Positions 1 to 9,998 are shown, counted from the stretch's first letter. The stretch: DNA of 64,000 nt from Candidatus Zixiibacteriota bacterium (GCA_029860345.1 JAOUBJ010000011.1:64303-128302); one strand, 5' to 3'. Made by a program: numbers and translations. The notes: generated from the letters alone by a model not told the origin.

Positions 1-116
1 AGGCTTTGTTCTTGAAACCGATGACCGCCGCAGGATTCTCGGGAGTTTGAAGGCTAAGCTGGGTAGAGGGTGAAGTAAAATGAAACAAAGATACCTCCGA
101 AACTGGTAAACCTGTC

Positions 117-1556
117 GTGGGCGCCATGGGAAGACAGTACGTATCGGCACGATCGCTCTTGTTGGCGGCCTTAGTGTTTATATCGGTGGCCGGCGGCATC
201 GGTGTCATCTTCCCACCGCACATATATCCGCTGGCGGTCGTGGTCGGGCTGATTGCGCTCGGCTTGATGATCTACAGCCCGATCTCGGCCCTGGTTCTCT
301 ACCTGGTTTTCTTTTTGGCCTGGCCACAAGAGTGGGCTCCCTATTTCAACCACTTGCCACCTTTCACCGAGCGAATCATCGGCTTCATGGCTATCGGCAG
401 TATGTTGATATCGTTCATAATGAAGCAGCGCTCAAAATTCTACCTTGGTCGTGTCGGCTTCGGCCTGGTGGCTTTTATCGCAGCTCTGTGCCTGACGGTC
501 TTCACTGCCTACTGGCTCACCGAGGTCAAGAACACTTTGGTGGACATGTTGCGCTTCCTGACCGTCTTCGTGCTGATTGTCCAAATCTGTGAAACACCCA
601 AGAAACTGAAAGCGGTAGTACTCTTGTACTTCATCCTGACCGGCATTATGGCCACTTTGTCGGTAGTCAATTATTACAACGGGATATTCCAGTACACTAT
701 GGGCATCCAACGCGCGTTGGGACACGGGCTCAGCTACGCCGATCCTAATTCACACGCCGCCAACCTGGCCTACTGTCTGCCGGTCATGCTTTACTACCTG
801 AAAGAAACCAAGGGCAAATGGGACCGAGCCCTGATAATTCTCATCGGCCTGATATGCGTATGGAACATCGTCCTCACTGGCTCCCGAACGAGCATGATTG
901 GCACACTTTTCCTGGCTGGTGTGGTGGTGGTGCGCTCCAAGCGACGACTTGCGTATGGTTTTCTGGCCATAATTATGTTGCTGCTGCTGATCAACATAAT
1001 GCCGGGACAGTACAAAGATCGCTTTATGACGGCCACCGAGGTCGTCACCGATGAGGGTCCGGACCAATCGGCCAAAGGACGCATCGAAGGACTGCGCGAC
1101 GGCTTTTTGTTGTTCCTGAAAAGCCCAATCACCGGCGTGGGGGCCGGTTGCTACAAGGTGGCCAGAGGAGAAGAGTTCGGCGAGTGGGTTTCGTCACACT
1201 TCATGCTGGGCGAACTGATCGCCGACGGCGGCATCATCGGAATCGGCACCTTTGTGTTCTTCATCTATGCAATGTTCTGGTCCATAGGGCAAGCCCGGCG
1301 TTATCTGAAAAACCGACGAACCAGCAGCGACAACCGCTTTCTTATGGGTCTGGTGGAGGGTATCCTCGTTTCACTGTGGATTCTGTTCCTGCAAGGCATG
1401 GGTACCCACAACCTGTACCGCTTCAACTGGTACTTTTTCGCCGCCCTGGTGGCGGTGGCCCATCGTCTGACAGTGATCGCTCAGACGGCCGAGGAAACAG
1501 ACGAGGCCGACCCACCGCCTGAGAAACTGGCTATTCAAGAGTCTTCCGGACCGTAG
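117..1556 (+). CDS. O-antigen ligase/polymerase-family (Wzy/WaaL-like) polytopic membrane protein
   Basis: 479-aa ORF with many hydrophobic segments and one large hydrophilic loop ('GRIEGLRDGFLLFLKSPITGVGAGCY'), as in O-antigen-ligase-like proteins. It heads a glycosyltransferase cluster. GTG start at 117, alternative ATG at 126. Confidence 0.6.
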   Translation: MGAMGRQYVSARSLLLAALVFISVAGGIGVIFPPHIYPLAVVVGLIALGLMIYSPISALVLYLVFFLAWPQEWAPYFNHLPPFTERIIGFMAIGSMLISFIMKQRSKFYLGRVGFGLVAFIAALCLTVFTAYWLTEVKNTLVDMLRFLTVFVLIVQICETPKKLKAVVLLYFILTGIMATLSVVNYYNGIFQYTMGIQRALGHGLSYADPNSHAANLAYCLPVMLYYLKETKGKWDRALIILIGLICVWNIVLTGSRTSMIGTLFLAGVVVVRSKRRLAYGFLAIIMLLLLINIMPGQYKDRFMTATEVVTDEGPDQSAKGRIEGLRDGFLLFLKSPITGVGAGCYKVARGEEFGEWVSSHFMLGELIADGGIIGIGTFVFFIYAMFWSIGQARRYLKNRRTSSDNRFLMGLVEGILVSLWILFLQGMGTHNLYRFNWYFFAALVAVAHRLTVIAQTAEETDEADPPPEKLAIQESSGP

Positions 1557-1700
1557 CACCGGTGAACTCGACCCACACATACAAACTTGACAAGCTTATC
1601 ACATCACATAACCTTGGCAACAGTTTGAGCAGGCCCCTGATCGATAGTATTCTGCCAGTTCGTCATGGAGGTCGGTGGTCAGGAAGGTTGGTAACGGATT

Positions 1701-3299
1701 ATGTCTAATCGCACGGTCTTTGTCGCCGGATTAATTCTGGCTATGCTGATGCTGGGAGTTTTGGTCGGACATTTCTACAGCTTCACGGTTGATGATGCTT
1801 ATATAAGTTTTCGCTACGCCTCAAACCTGGCCGCCGGGGATGGTCTGGTTTTTAACCTCGGTGAGAGAGTGGAAGGATATACAAACTTCCTGTGGACGAT
1901 GCTTCTGGGGCTGCTGATTCGTTTCGGAAGTGATCCGGAACTGGTTTCCAAAGTCCTGGGCATCCTCTTCGCCTTTGCCACCTTAGTGCTGATCGGAGAC
2001 ACCTCGCGCAAACTCATGCCCGATCGACCCTGGTTCAATACTATCACGGCGCTTCTGTTGGTGACCAGCCCTTCGTTCGCCATCTACGCCGTGTCCGGCC
2101 TTGAGACTGCGATGTTCGCCTGCTTGCTGGTATTGGCTATCCGACTCTTCCTTCACGAAGAGTCTTCACCGAATGGTATGCAGTGGTCCTGGTTGGTGCT
2201 CTTTCTTCTGACTTTGACAAGACCTGAGGGGTTGCTGTTTTTTGGGCTCTTTGCAGCCGCCAAATTCCTCCCGGAGCGCAAAGCTCGCCGATTAGCGGCA
2301 TGGGCGCTGCCGTATCTGGCTCTTTTGGTAGCTTATCTGGCCTGGAAGTATGTCTACTTCGGTAACCTGCTGCCTAATACGTTTTATGCCAAGACCGGAC
2401 GCGGGCTCTACCAGTTCATGGGCGGGCTTTTCTACACATATTCCTATTTCAAAAGCTACGGCGGCGTCATGACCATCATTCTGGTGTTGCTTCCCCTGGC
2501 CGCATGGCGCCACCTGAAACCGATGCAAAAGAAAGCAACGGGGCTTTTGTTGGTGTCGTTCGTTGCCTGGGTTGCATACAGCGTCTACAAAGGGCATGAC
2601 CCCCTCCCTTCATTTCGTTTCTTTGTGCTGGTGTTGCCGGTGACGCTGCTGTTGATGACCCACGGCCTGGCCGTGCTGCAAGAAGCAATAGGAAAACTGA
2701 ACAACGGTAACAGGTGGGGTAACTGGGCGGCCAGAGTGATGACGGTGTTGATAGTCGGGCTGCTGGTGTTTCAGAACCTGGTCGTGACCTACCTTTCGAC
2801 TGCCGGCAAACCGCAGATGCGCGAGTACCAGATCCAAATCGCAGGCATGGATGCCCGGCACGAGTTTATTCCGATGGGTCGGGCCCTTGCCCAACTGGCC
2901 CCGGCCGATGCCCGGATTGCCGTGATTGATGCCGGCGCTATACCATACTACTCAAAACTATACACGATTGACCGCTGGGGACTGATCGACCCGCACATAG
3001 CGCGACGAAAAGGTGGCGGCAAAGTAGGTGAGAAGTTCGATGCGCCCTACGTGCTGTCCAAAAGACCGGAATTCATCCAGACCAAGATGTATCGGAGCGG
3101 CTACAGGAGATTAATGCAGCGAACGAGCGTCCACCTCGACGATTTCGACTGGCCCGGTGATATGTACCTGTTCCTCGACTCCGGCTTTACAGCCGACTAC
3201 CAAATGTGCGACGAACCGGTTCTGGATGGGTTCTTCATCAGGAAGGATGTTCTCCCACCGTCAACCGACATCGACACGGTCCACAATGAGGAACCATAG
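1701..3299 (+). CDS. GT-C-fold membrane glycosyltransferase (ArnT/PMT/arabinofuranosyltransferase-like)
   Basis: 532 aa and polytopic. The first loop carries an acidic motif, 'FTVDDAYISFRYASNLAAGDGLVFNLGERVEGYTNFLW', typical of GT-C enzymes. Family recalled from memory, not searched. Confidence 0.45.
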   Translation: MSNRTVFVAGLILAMLMLGVLVGHFYSFTVDDAYISFRYASNLAAGDGLVFNLGERVEGYTNFLWTMLLGLLIRFGSDPELVSKVLGILFAFATLVLIGDTSRKLMPDRPWFNTITALLLVTSPSFAIYAVSGLETAMFACLLVLAIRLFLHEESSPNGMQWSWLVLFLLTLTRPEGLLFFGLFAAAKFLPERKARRLAAWALPYLALLVAYLAWKYVYFGNLLPNTFYAKTGRGLYQFMGGLFYTYSYFKSYGGVMTIILVLLPLAAWRHLKPMQKKATGLLLVSFVAWVAYSVYKGHDPLPSFRFFVLVLPVTLLLMTHGLAVLQEAIGKLNNGNRWGNWAARVMTVLIVGLLVFQNLVVTYLSTAGKPQMREYQIQIAGMDARHEFIPMGRALAQLAPADARIAVIDAGAIPYYSKLYTIDRWGLIDPHIARRKGGGKVGEKFDAPYVLSKRPEFIQTKMYRSGYRRLMQRTSVHLDDFDWPGDMYLFLDSGFTADYQMCDEPVLDGFFIRKDVLPPSTDIDTVHNEEP

Positions 3300-3323
3300 C
3301 ATCACCAGACTCACGGAGCCCGC

Positions 3324-4667
3324 ATGGACCTGATCAGATTTCTGGCTCAACGTCTGTTCCTGCCACTTTCGCGACGACGCGAAGGATTCGACAGTTCGTC
3401 CATCGTGCGACAGTTGGAGAAATCGCAGTATCTGTCGCTGGAAGAAATCCGTGGCAGGCAGTTCCAACGTCTCAAGACATTGTTGGAAAACGCCTACGAT
3501 CATGTCCCGTACTACCGGGCGCTGTTCGATGAACGCTGCATCGTCCCGGATGATATATCCTCATTCGACGATTTTGAGAAGCTGCCGCCCTTGACCAAGT
3601 CTGACGTCCGGGATAATCAGGAGCAACTGTTGTCGTCAAAGGACGATCGCTCGACCCTGATACCCAAGAAGACCGGTGGTTCCACAGGAGTTCCCTTGCA
3701 TTTGTACTGGAGCCGGGATGCGACCGCTTTCAAACAAGCGGCCACACAACGTCACGACGCCTGGTCCGGCTATGCACCGGGTGAAAAACTGGCCCAACTG
3801 TGGGGCGCCGATGCAGGCCATGACACGCTACGAGCCCGGCTGTACAACTACCTGGTGACACGCCGCTTGCTTTTGGATACGCTTGAAATGTCTGAAAAAA
3901 ACTCACTCGCTTTCGTTGAAAAAATCAGGCGCTACCGCCCGCCATACTTGCTGGGCCACGCCCACTCGGTGTATGTCCTGGCGCTTTTTCTGGAAGAGCA
4001 TGGTATCGTCGACCTCGGTATTAGCAGTGTCATTTGCACGGCAGAAGTTCTGACCGACGGCGAACGACACAAGATCGAACAGGTGTTTTCGGCCGAAGTG
4101 TTCAACCGTTATGGCTGCGAGGAACTCTCGGTGGTCGCATCGGAATGCGAACAGCACGAGGGTCTTCATATCAACTCAGAAGGCCTCTATGTCGAGGTGA
4201 TCGGCGGCGACGAAGAAAAGCCCGGCGAGCTGGTCATCACCGACCTGGTCAATGACGCTATGCCGTTCATTCGTTACCAGATCGAAGATACGGCTACAAT
4301 CTATACGACACCATGCGCTTGCGGACGGGGGCTGCCGCGTTTGAAAAAACTGTACGGTCGCTCCTCCGACTTTCTCTACACGCCAGACGGCCGGATGCTC
4401 TCCGGGATTTCCATCATGGATCATTTCGCCATAGACATCCCCGGCGTGTGGCAGGTTCAACTTGTACAGGATGCGTTGGATCATTTATTTGTCAAAATAG
4501 TGCGCACCGGACAGTTCGGTGAGCCGAGTCTGGCCAAACTGGCTCAGACGGTTCCAGCGTTTTTTGGAAAGGCCATGCGCTACGATGTCGAGTATGTCAA
4601 GGAACTGCCGATGACGGCGCGAGGAAAGTATCAGTTTGCAGTATCCAAAATCGACAAACCTAATTGA
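3324..4667 (+). CDS. phenylacetate-CoA-ligase-like adenylate-forming enzyme (CapK family)
   Basis: 447 aa. 'KKTGGSTGVPL' is an adenylation P-loop-like motif and there is a C-terminal 'ARGKYQF' lysine motif. Located in a polysaccharide cluster. Confidence 0.65.
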   Translation: MDLIRFLAQRLFLPLSRRREGFDSSSIVRQLEKSQYLSLEEIRGRQFQRLKTLLENAYDHVPYYRALFDERCIVPDDISSFDDFEKLPPLTKSDVRDNQEQLLSSKDDRSTLIPKKTGGSTGVPLHLYWSRDATAFKQAATQRHDAWSGYAPGEKLAQLWGADAGHDTLRARLYNYLVTRRLLLDTLEMSEKNSLAFVEKIRRYRPPYLLGHAHSVYVLALFLEEHGIVDLGISSVICTAEVLTDGERHKIEQVFSAEVFNRYGCEELSVVASECEQHEGLHINSEGLYVEVIGGDEEKPGELVITDLVNDAMPFIRYQIEDTATIYTTPCACGRGLPRLKKLYGRSSDFLYTPDGRMLSGISIMDHFAIDIPGVWQVQLVQDALDHLFVKIVRTGQFGEPSLAKLAQTVPAFFGKAMRYDVEYVKELPMTARGKYQFAVSKIDKPN

Positions 4668-4673
4668 ACAACC

Positions 4674-5879
4674 ATGAACGTCTTGATCCTCGACGAAGAA
4701 TTCCCCCATCCGCTTAACACCGGGAAGCGGATTCGTACATTCAATCTGTTCAGCCGACTTGCGCTGCGTCATAGACTCACCTACCTGGCCTACGGCGACA
4801 GGGGATCGGATGCATATCAGGCAATTCATGACGCCGGTTTGAACACGCTGGCCGTGGCCCGCTCACCCCGTCCGAAACGAGGGGCCGGGCTGTACCTCAG
4901 ACTTATGCCGAATCTCTTTTCAGCGCAACCCTACTCGGTATCGAGTCATTGGACCAATGCGTATGAAGACACTCTGGCCAGGGAACTGGCCACGACCGAT
5001 TACGATCTGGTTGTTTGCGAATGGACCCCTTACGCCCAGTTCATGCGAGGACGACCCGACGTAAAGACGCTGGTCGTGGCGCACAATATCGAGTATCAGA
5101 TATGGCAGCGTTATGTTGAGAATGAAACTCAGTTCGTGGTCAAAAAGTACATGGCCATGCAAGCCGGACGGATGCGCCGCTTTGAAGAGAACACGTTCAA
5201 GTCGGTTGCCGCCGCAACGGCTGTTTCAAATGCGGACGCCGAGGTGATTCGTTCGATCAACCCCGATCTTCCCGTTGAAGTAGTAGACAACGGTGTCGAT
5301 CTCGAATACTTCAGGGATTATGGTCAGCCGACGGCTGACGATGCGCCCGGTCTGGTTTTTACGGGCTCGATGGATTGGCGGCCCAATCAGGACAGTGTCG
5401 AGTATTTCGTGCGTGAGATTCTGCCGCTGGTTAGGCGCACTCATCCCGATATAAAAACGGTGCTGGTCGGTCGCAACCCCCCGGCCAGGATACTCGAACT
5501 GGGCAACCATGAAGGCGTCACGGTGACCGGCACGGTCGACGACGTGCGACCGTACATCAAGCGAGCCAGTCTGTTTATCGTGCCGCTTCGTATCGGCGGC
5601 GGGTCGCGGTTGAAAATCCTGGAAGCAATGGCTATGAAAAAACCGGTCGTGTCGACCTCGGTCGGCGCCGAAGGTCTGGATGTTACCGACGGTCGCGAAC
5701 TTCTTCTGGCCGACAGGCCTGAGGATTTTGCCAAACAGATCGACGTGCTCTTGTCCGACGCGGCAACAGCCCACCAACTGGGTGAGGCCGGACGCTCTTT
5801 GGTGGAGCGACGTTACGGATGGGATGCGCTTTCGACCAAGCTCGAACAATTCATGCAACGATTGGTGGCCGACCGATGA
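4674..5879 (+). CDS. glycosyltransferase, GT-B fold (family 4-like)
   Basis: 401 aa. C-terminal 'GGGSRLKILEAMAMKKPVVSTSVGAEGL' is the E-x7-E type donor-binding region. Confidence 0.75.
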   Translation: MNVLILDEEFPHPLNTGKRIRTFNLFSRLALRHRLTYLAYGDRGSDAYQAIHDAGLNTLAVARSPRPKRGAGLYLRLMPNLFSAQPYSVSSHWTNAYEDTLARELATTDYDLVVCEWTPYAQFMRGRPDVKTLVVAHNIEYQIWQRYVENETQFVVKKYMAMQAGRMRRFEENTFKSVAAATAVSNADAEVIRSINPDLPVEVVDNGVDLEYFRDYGQPTADDAPGLVFTGSMDWRPNQDSVEYFVREILPLVRRTHPDIKTVLVGRNPPARILELGNHEGVTVTGTVDDVRPYIKRASLFIVPLRIGGGSRLKILEAMAMKKPVVSTSVGAEGLDVTDGRELLLADRPEDFAKQIDVLLSDAATAHQLGEAGRSLVERRYGWDALSTKLEQFMQRLVADR

Positions 5880-6982
5880 CCATCCTTCATTTGCGCGCAT
5901 CCAATTTCTACGGCGGACCGGAGCGGCAGCTCTTTCATCACGCTCAAGTGATGGGTGGGAGCCGACATCGCGTGGTCATCGCATCGTATAAAGAGCATGG
6001 TCGAAATCCTGAGCTGCTCGATGTGGCCGAGATGGCCGGGATCGACAACCTGCTCATCGACGTTAGCTCTGCCTATGACTTCACGGCTGTAGGCAAAATC
6101 AGGAAGGCGCTTTTGAAGGAACGTGTCGACCTCCTGTGCACACACGACTATCGTTCGCACTTGTTGGGACATGCGGTTTGTCGCAAATCCAAAGCCAAAC
6201 ACATTTGCTTCGTGCGCGGCGCCACCAAAGATGATTTGAAAGTCCGGCTGTACCAGTGGCTGGACAAGATGACTTTGCCATGGGCCAACCACGCAGTCAC
6301 TGTTTCCGATCAACAACGCCGGACCATGACTGACTCGGGATACCCCCAGGCACGCATTTCGGTCGTGCACAACGCGGTCAGTTTGAGCGACCTCTCAGAG
6401 ATAGAGCCGGTCGATCTCAGGACGGTTTTTGAACTGCCGCCCGACGCCGTGGTCGTCATGGCCGCAGGTCGCTTTAGCCGGGAGAAAGGGCAGCGTTTAT
6501 TGGTCGAAACAGCGGCGCGAATTATCGAGCAGGATCGTAGACTGCACTTTGTACTGTACGGAGATGGTCCGGACCTGGGACCAGTGAAGAGACAGGTTGC
6601 CGGCTGCTCCTATCCGACACAGATAAGGCTGCCCGGATTCAGTGCGATGGTGATAAGCTATCTCAAGTCTGCCGACATCCTGGTCAACCCATCGTACTCG
6701 GAAGGTCTGCCCAATGTTGTGCTGGAAGCGATGGCTGTGGGGACGCCGGTGGTGGCGACGGCTGTCGGGGGCGTACCGGAGTTGATCGTGAACCGGCAGT
6801 CCGGGCTGTTAGTCCCGGCCGGCGACTCAAACGGACTGGGTGAGGCCATCCTGCTGTTGGCTGAAGACCTGCCCATCCGAAAACGACTGGCCGAAAACGG
6901 GCAGCAGGTGGTCCGGCAGAGATTCACTTTTGAGCAACAGGCAAAGAAACTGACTGAAGTCTATGAGGAGGTGGCGGCGTGA
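5876..6982 (+). CDS. glycosyltransferase, GT-B fold (family 4-like)
   Basis: 'SEGLPNVVLEAMAVGTPVVATAVGGVPELI'. I prefer the ATG at 5876, which overlaps the upstream TGA as ATGA, over the track start at 5819. Confidence 0.75.
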   Translation: MTILHLRASNFYGGPERQLFHHAQVMGGSRHRVVIASYKEHGRNPELLDVAEMAGIDNLLIDVSSAYDFTAVGKIRKALLKERVDLLCTHDYRSHLLGHAVCRKSKAKHICFVRGATKDDLKVRLYQWLDKMTLPWANHAVTVSDQQRRTMTDSGYPQARISVVHNAVSLSDLSEIEPVDLRTVFELPPDAVVVMAAGRFSREKGQRLLVETAARIIEQDRRLHFVLYGDGPDLGPVKRQVAGCSYPTQIRLPGFSAMVISYLKSADILVNPSYSEGLPNVVLEAMAVGTPVVATAVGGVPELIVNRQSGLLVPAGDSNGLGEAILLLAEDLPIRKRLAENGQQVVRQRFTFEQQAKKLTEVYEEVAA

Positions 6983-8142
6983 TAAACATAGCTTTTGTCA
7001 TCGACACCATCGAATCCCCCTACGCCGGAACCGAGAAACAACTCCTGGCGGTCATCAAACACCTGGATCGCTCCCGCTTCCGCCCCCACCTGGTTTGCCT
7101 GCGTTCGAGCCAATGGCTGAAAACCGCCGAGCCGGGATGCAAGGTGAGCGTGATGAACTTCGGATCGTTCTTCTCGATGAGTTTTTTTCACGGTCGCCGA
7201 CGTTTCGTAGAGTTCTGTCGGGAGCACAAGATCGACATGGTCCAGACATTTTTCCGAGATGGTAATCACGCCGGTACTTTGTGGGCGCATAAGGCCCGAG
7301 TCGCGGTCATTATAGGCAGCCGACGTAACGTGGGCAGCGGCTACTGGCACAATCGCCGTGAGATAGCTATCCTAAAGTTTCTGAAACGCTACACCACTCA
7401 CTATATTACGAATTCGGAAGCGGCCGCCGCGGAAGCGCGAGAGGTCGAGGGCGTGGACCCTGCTCACATCTCGGTTGTGCGCAACGGTCTGGACATGAAT
7501 GCCTACCCACAGCCGAGTGCCGAGATGGCGGTTGAGGTTAAAAAATCCTGGGGCTTCTCAGAAGATTCCACGGTGATCGGCGTTGTGGCCAACCTGCGAC
7601 CGGTTAAGAACCTGGAGTTTCTCATTCGTAGAGCGAAAACGATTATTGAGCAGCGTCCCCAAACAAGGTTTGTGGTTCTGGGTGAAGGCCACTTTCGCAC
7701 AGAGTTGGAGCAAATGATCGTGGACTATGATCTGACCGGAAAGTTCTTGTTGCCGGGACGGTCGGATAATGTGGCCCGTGATCTGGCCGGGTTTGATGTT
7801 GCGGTTCTCTGTTCGCACCGGGAGAGTCTGTCGAACTCGCTGATGGAATACATGGCCACCGGCCGCGCAGTGATAGCTTCCGACGTCGGCGGCAATCGGG
7901 AACTGATCTCGCAGTCTGACTTGGGATACCTCTACCCTGCCGACGACAGCGGGCAGTTTGAACGTCAGGTTCTCGGACTCCTGGACGATCCCGAATTGCG
8001 CAATCGCATGGGAGCTGCCGCGCGTGAGAAAGCAAGCAACTCCTTCTCATACGAAGCGATGATCGGCCAACTCGAAACCGTATATGAATCGCTGATGCCG
8101 ACCCATCACACCCATCGCGAGGAACGAGCGGAACAGTCATGA
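6979..8142 (+). CDS. glycosyltransferase, GT-B fold (family 4-like)
   Basis: 'RESLSNSLMEYMATGRAVIASDVGGNRELI'. The GTG start overlaps the upstream stop (GTGA). Confidence 0.7.
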   Translation: MINIAFVIDTIESPYAGTEKQLLAVIKHLDRSRFRPHLVCLRSSQWLKTAEPGCKVSVMNFGSFFSMSFFHGRRRFVEFCREHKIDMVQTFFRDGNHAGTLWAHKARVAVIIGSRRNVGSGYWHNRREIAILKFLKRYTTHYITNSEAAAAEAREVEGVDPAHISVVRNGLDMNAYPQPSAEMAVEVKKSWGFSEDSTVIGVVANLRPVKNLEFLIRRAKTIIEQRPQTRFVVLGEGHFRTELEQMIVDYDLTGKFLLPGRSDNVARDLAGFDVAVLCSHRESLSNSLMEYMATGRAVIASDVGGNRELISQSDLGYLYPADDSGQFERQVLGLLDDPELRNRMGAAAREKASNSFSYEAMIGQLETVYESLMPTHHTHREERAEQS

Positions 8143-9473
8143 GTTTTGTATCGAGAACGAAATTCAGACTCAAGGACTTCGCCCGTTTTAACCCGACCTG
8201 TCGGCTGATCGCCTCAACGATTATCGAGTGGCGCGACCGGATGTCGCCCCCGCACGAGGCTGTTGGAATTGCTCGTTCGGTGATCAACCTGGCCAAAGCT
8301 GCCCGTATCTGCCCATCACCGGGAAGACTGCGCAGACTTGAAAGCAAACTCAGGCAACGTATCGATCGGATGGACCCATCGCAACTCGAGTGGGATCAGA
8401 TCTTTCCCCACAGCAGTCCGCGCCAGATTCGCAAAGGAGTCATCCTCAAAAGGCCGGTGTCGGACCGAGAAAAGGGTGTGTTGTTCATTGCCTTCGAGGA
8501 CCACTGGCTCAGACTCCTGCGCTATGCCGACCTGAAGGCCCTGCATCGTAAGTACCACTTGGTGCTGGCCCCGACCTGGTCACCACCCCATGATCTGCCG
8601 ATGACGCTGGCGGCAAAAATGTGGCCGGGTACCCTGTTCAACATTATGAGCGCCGTTGTCGATCATGAAGCCTTTGCCCGCCTGGCCGACAACCTCGTGA
8701 GCATCCCTTTGATATCATCCAACTGGGTCAACCCGGACGTTTTTGCCGGGGACGACGATGTACCGAAAGAGTTCGACATCGTCATGCTGGCCAATTTTGC
8801 CGTGTACAAACGGCACTGGCTCATGTTCGATGTCCTGTCCAGGCTACCGCCGACCACGAAACTGCTCCTGTTGGGACGTGGTTGGGAGGGTCGTTCGGCT
8901 GAAACGATTATGGCCGAAGCACGCGCTTTCGGGAGTGAAGATAAAGTCATCATGAAAGAAGGGCTGTCCGACGCCGATATGGTGCGGGCCATCAAGTCGG
9001 CCAAAGTCAGTCTGATTTTCTCCGGAAACGAAGGGGCCTGCGTGGCGGTGGTCGAGGCGATGTTCTCAGGAGTCCCGGTGGGACTCTTTGCCGACGCCAT
9101 CATAGGTTCCAAGGCGTATGTGAACGAACAGACCGGTTGCCTGTTTACCCGTTCAAACGTCGTTCGAAAACTGAGCGAATTCATCCAAAACTATCGGCAA
9201 TACCAACCACGAAAATGGGTACTTGAGAACGGGGTATCATACGTCGAGAGCACCAGGATTCTGAACGAGGCCATCCGCTCAGCAGCGTTGGACATGGGTG
9301 AACAATGGACGTTGGACATTCATGAGCACCAATGGCGGCCCAACCCGACCTATCTCTCAGATGACATCTGCCGGGAGATGCGCCCCCACTACGACAGCTT
9401 CGAAAGTGCGTTCGGGATACCTCTGATCACGGCTGGCGTAAATGACGACGATCCCGCCCCAAACAAGGTTTGA
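8139..9473 (+). CDS. putative glycosyltransferase (divergent GT-B)
   Basis: 444 aa. 'SGNEGACVAVVEAMFSGVPVG' resembles a GT-B C-terminal domain. ATGA overlap with the upstream gene. The last codons and the stop lie inside a repeat unit (9457-9484). Confidence 0.5.
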   Translation: MSFVSRTKFRLKDFARFNPTCRLIASTIIEWRDRMSPPHEAVGIARSVINLAKAARICPSPGRLRRLESKLRQRIDRMDPSQLEWDQIFPHSSPRQIRKGVILKRPVSDREKGVLFIAFEDHWLRLLRYADLKALHRKYHLVLAPTWSPPHDLPMTLAAKMWPGTLFNIMSAVVDHEAFARLADNLVSIPLISSNWVNPDVFAGDDDVPKEFDIVMLANFAVYKRHWLMFDVLSRLPPTTKLLLLGRGWEGRSAETIMAEARAFGSEDKVIMKEGLSDADMVRAIKSAKVSLIFSGNEGACVAVVEAMFSGVPVGLFADAIIGSKAYVNEQTGCLFTRSNVVRKLSEFIQNYRQYQPRKWVLENGVSYVESTRILNEAIRSAALDMGEQWTLDIHEHQWRPNPTYLSDDICREMRPHYDSFESAFGIPLITAGVNDDDPAPNKV

Positions 9474-9998
9474 GGCGGCCACCCAGCGGACGACGACTCG
9501 TAGGGCAGGACCCCTGTGGTCATGACAAGAGTCGGGACCCACAAGGGGGTTCCGACCTACGGGGCTACGGTGCTGGCTGATGATGAGTTGGCGGGTCCAC
9601 GCCGCGGCGCGCAGGCGAAGACGGGGCTACCCTACGATTCTTCGCCCGTTTGCAACCTCACCCTGAGCGGAGTCGAAGGGTGAACCCTACCCTAGTCAAG
9701 GTTTGAGGCGGCCATCCGCCAGTTAGTCGTGTCGGGTGCCGTCAGGTGACTCGCCTGACGGCCTTTGAGCAGCGCTGTAGGTGTCGGGCGAGGTCGCCCT
9801 ACACCACCTCAACCCTTGAACCCATACCCATAGTAGGTCAGGACCCTTGTGGTCCTGACAATTGCGTCAGGTCCATAAAGGACCTGACCCACAAGACTGG
9901 CTGATGATGAATTGGCGGATCCACGCTGTGGCGGGCAGGCGAAGACGGGGCTACCCTACCGAAATCCGTCCATGGCGGAACCGCTAAGAGGGTACCGC
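9457..9998. repeat. mosaic array of short palindromic repeat units (array R1)
   Basis: Units recur elsewhere in the window. CCCCAAACAAGGTTTGAGGCGGCCACCC at 9457-9484 and 9691-9717. GTAGGTCAGGACCCTTGTGGTCCTGAC-type hairpins at 9500-9560 and 9833-9895. TCACCCTGAGCGGAGTCGAAGGGTGA at 9658-9683. A ~63-bp unit occurs twice, at 9573-9635 and 9897-9959. CATGGCGGAACCGCTAAGAGGGT at 9971-9998. Confidence 0.9.

Noticed and set aside
2-73. Possible 3' end of an upstream + strand CDS ('GFVLETDDRRRILGSLKAKLGRG*')
   Set aside because: Only 23 codons are visible, with no recognisable motif, so it cannot be supported.
5819-5875. Upstream extension of the second GT-B gene (track start 5819)
   Set aside because: It would overlap the preceding gene by 61 nt. 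The in-frame ATG at 5876 gives the ATGA coupling typical of this cluster and a canonical GT N-terminus ('MTILHLRASNFYGGPERQ').
5226-5900. 224-aa ORF on the - strand; similar cases at 7643-8347, 12846-13457 and 18609-19355
   Set aside because: All lie antisense to glycosyltransferase or secreted-protein genes with clear family motifs, and I found no independent coding evidence.
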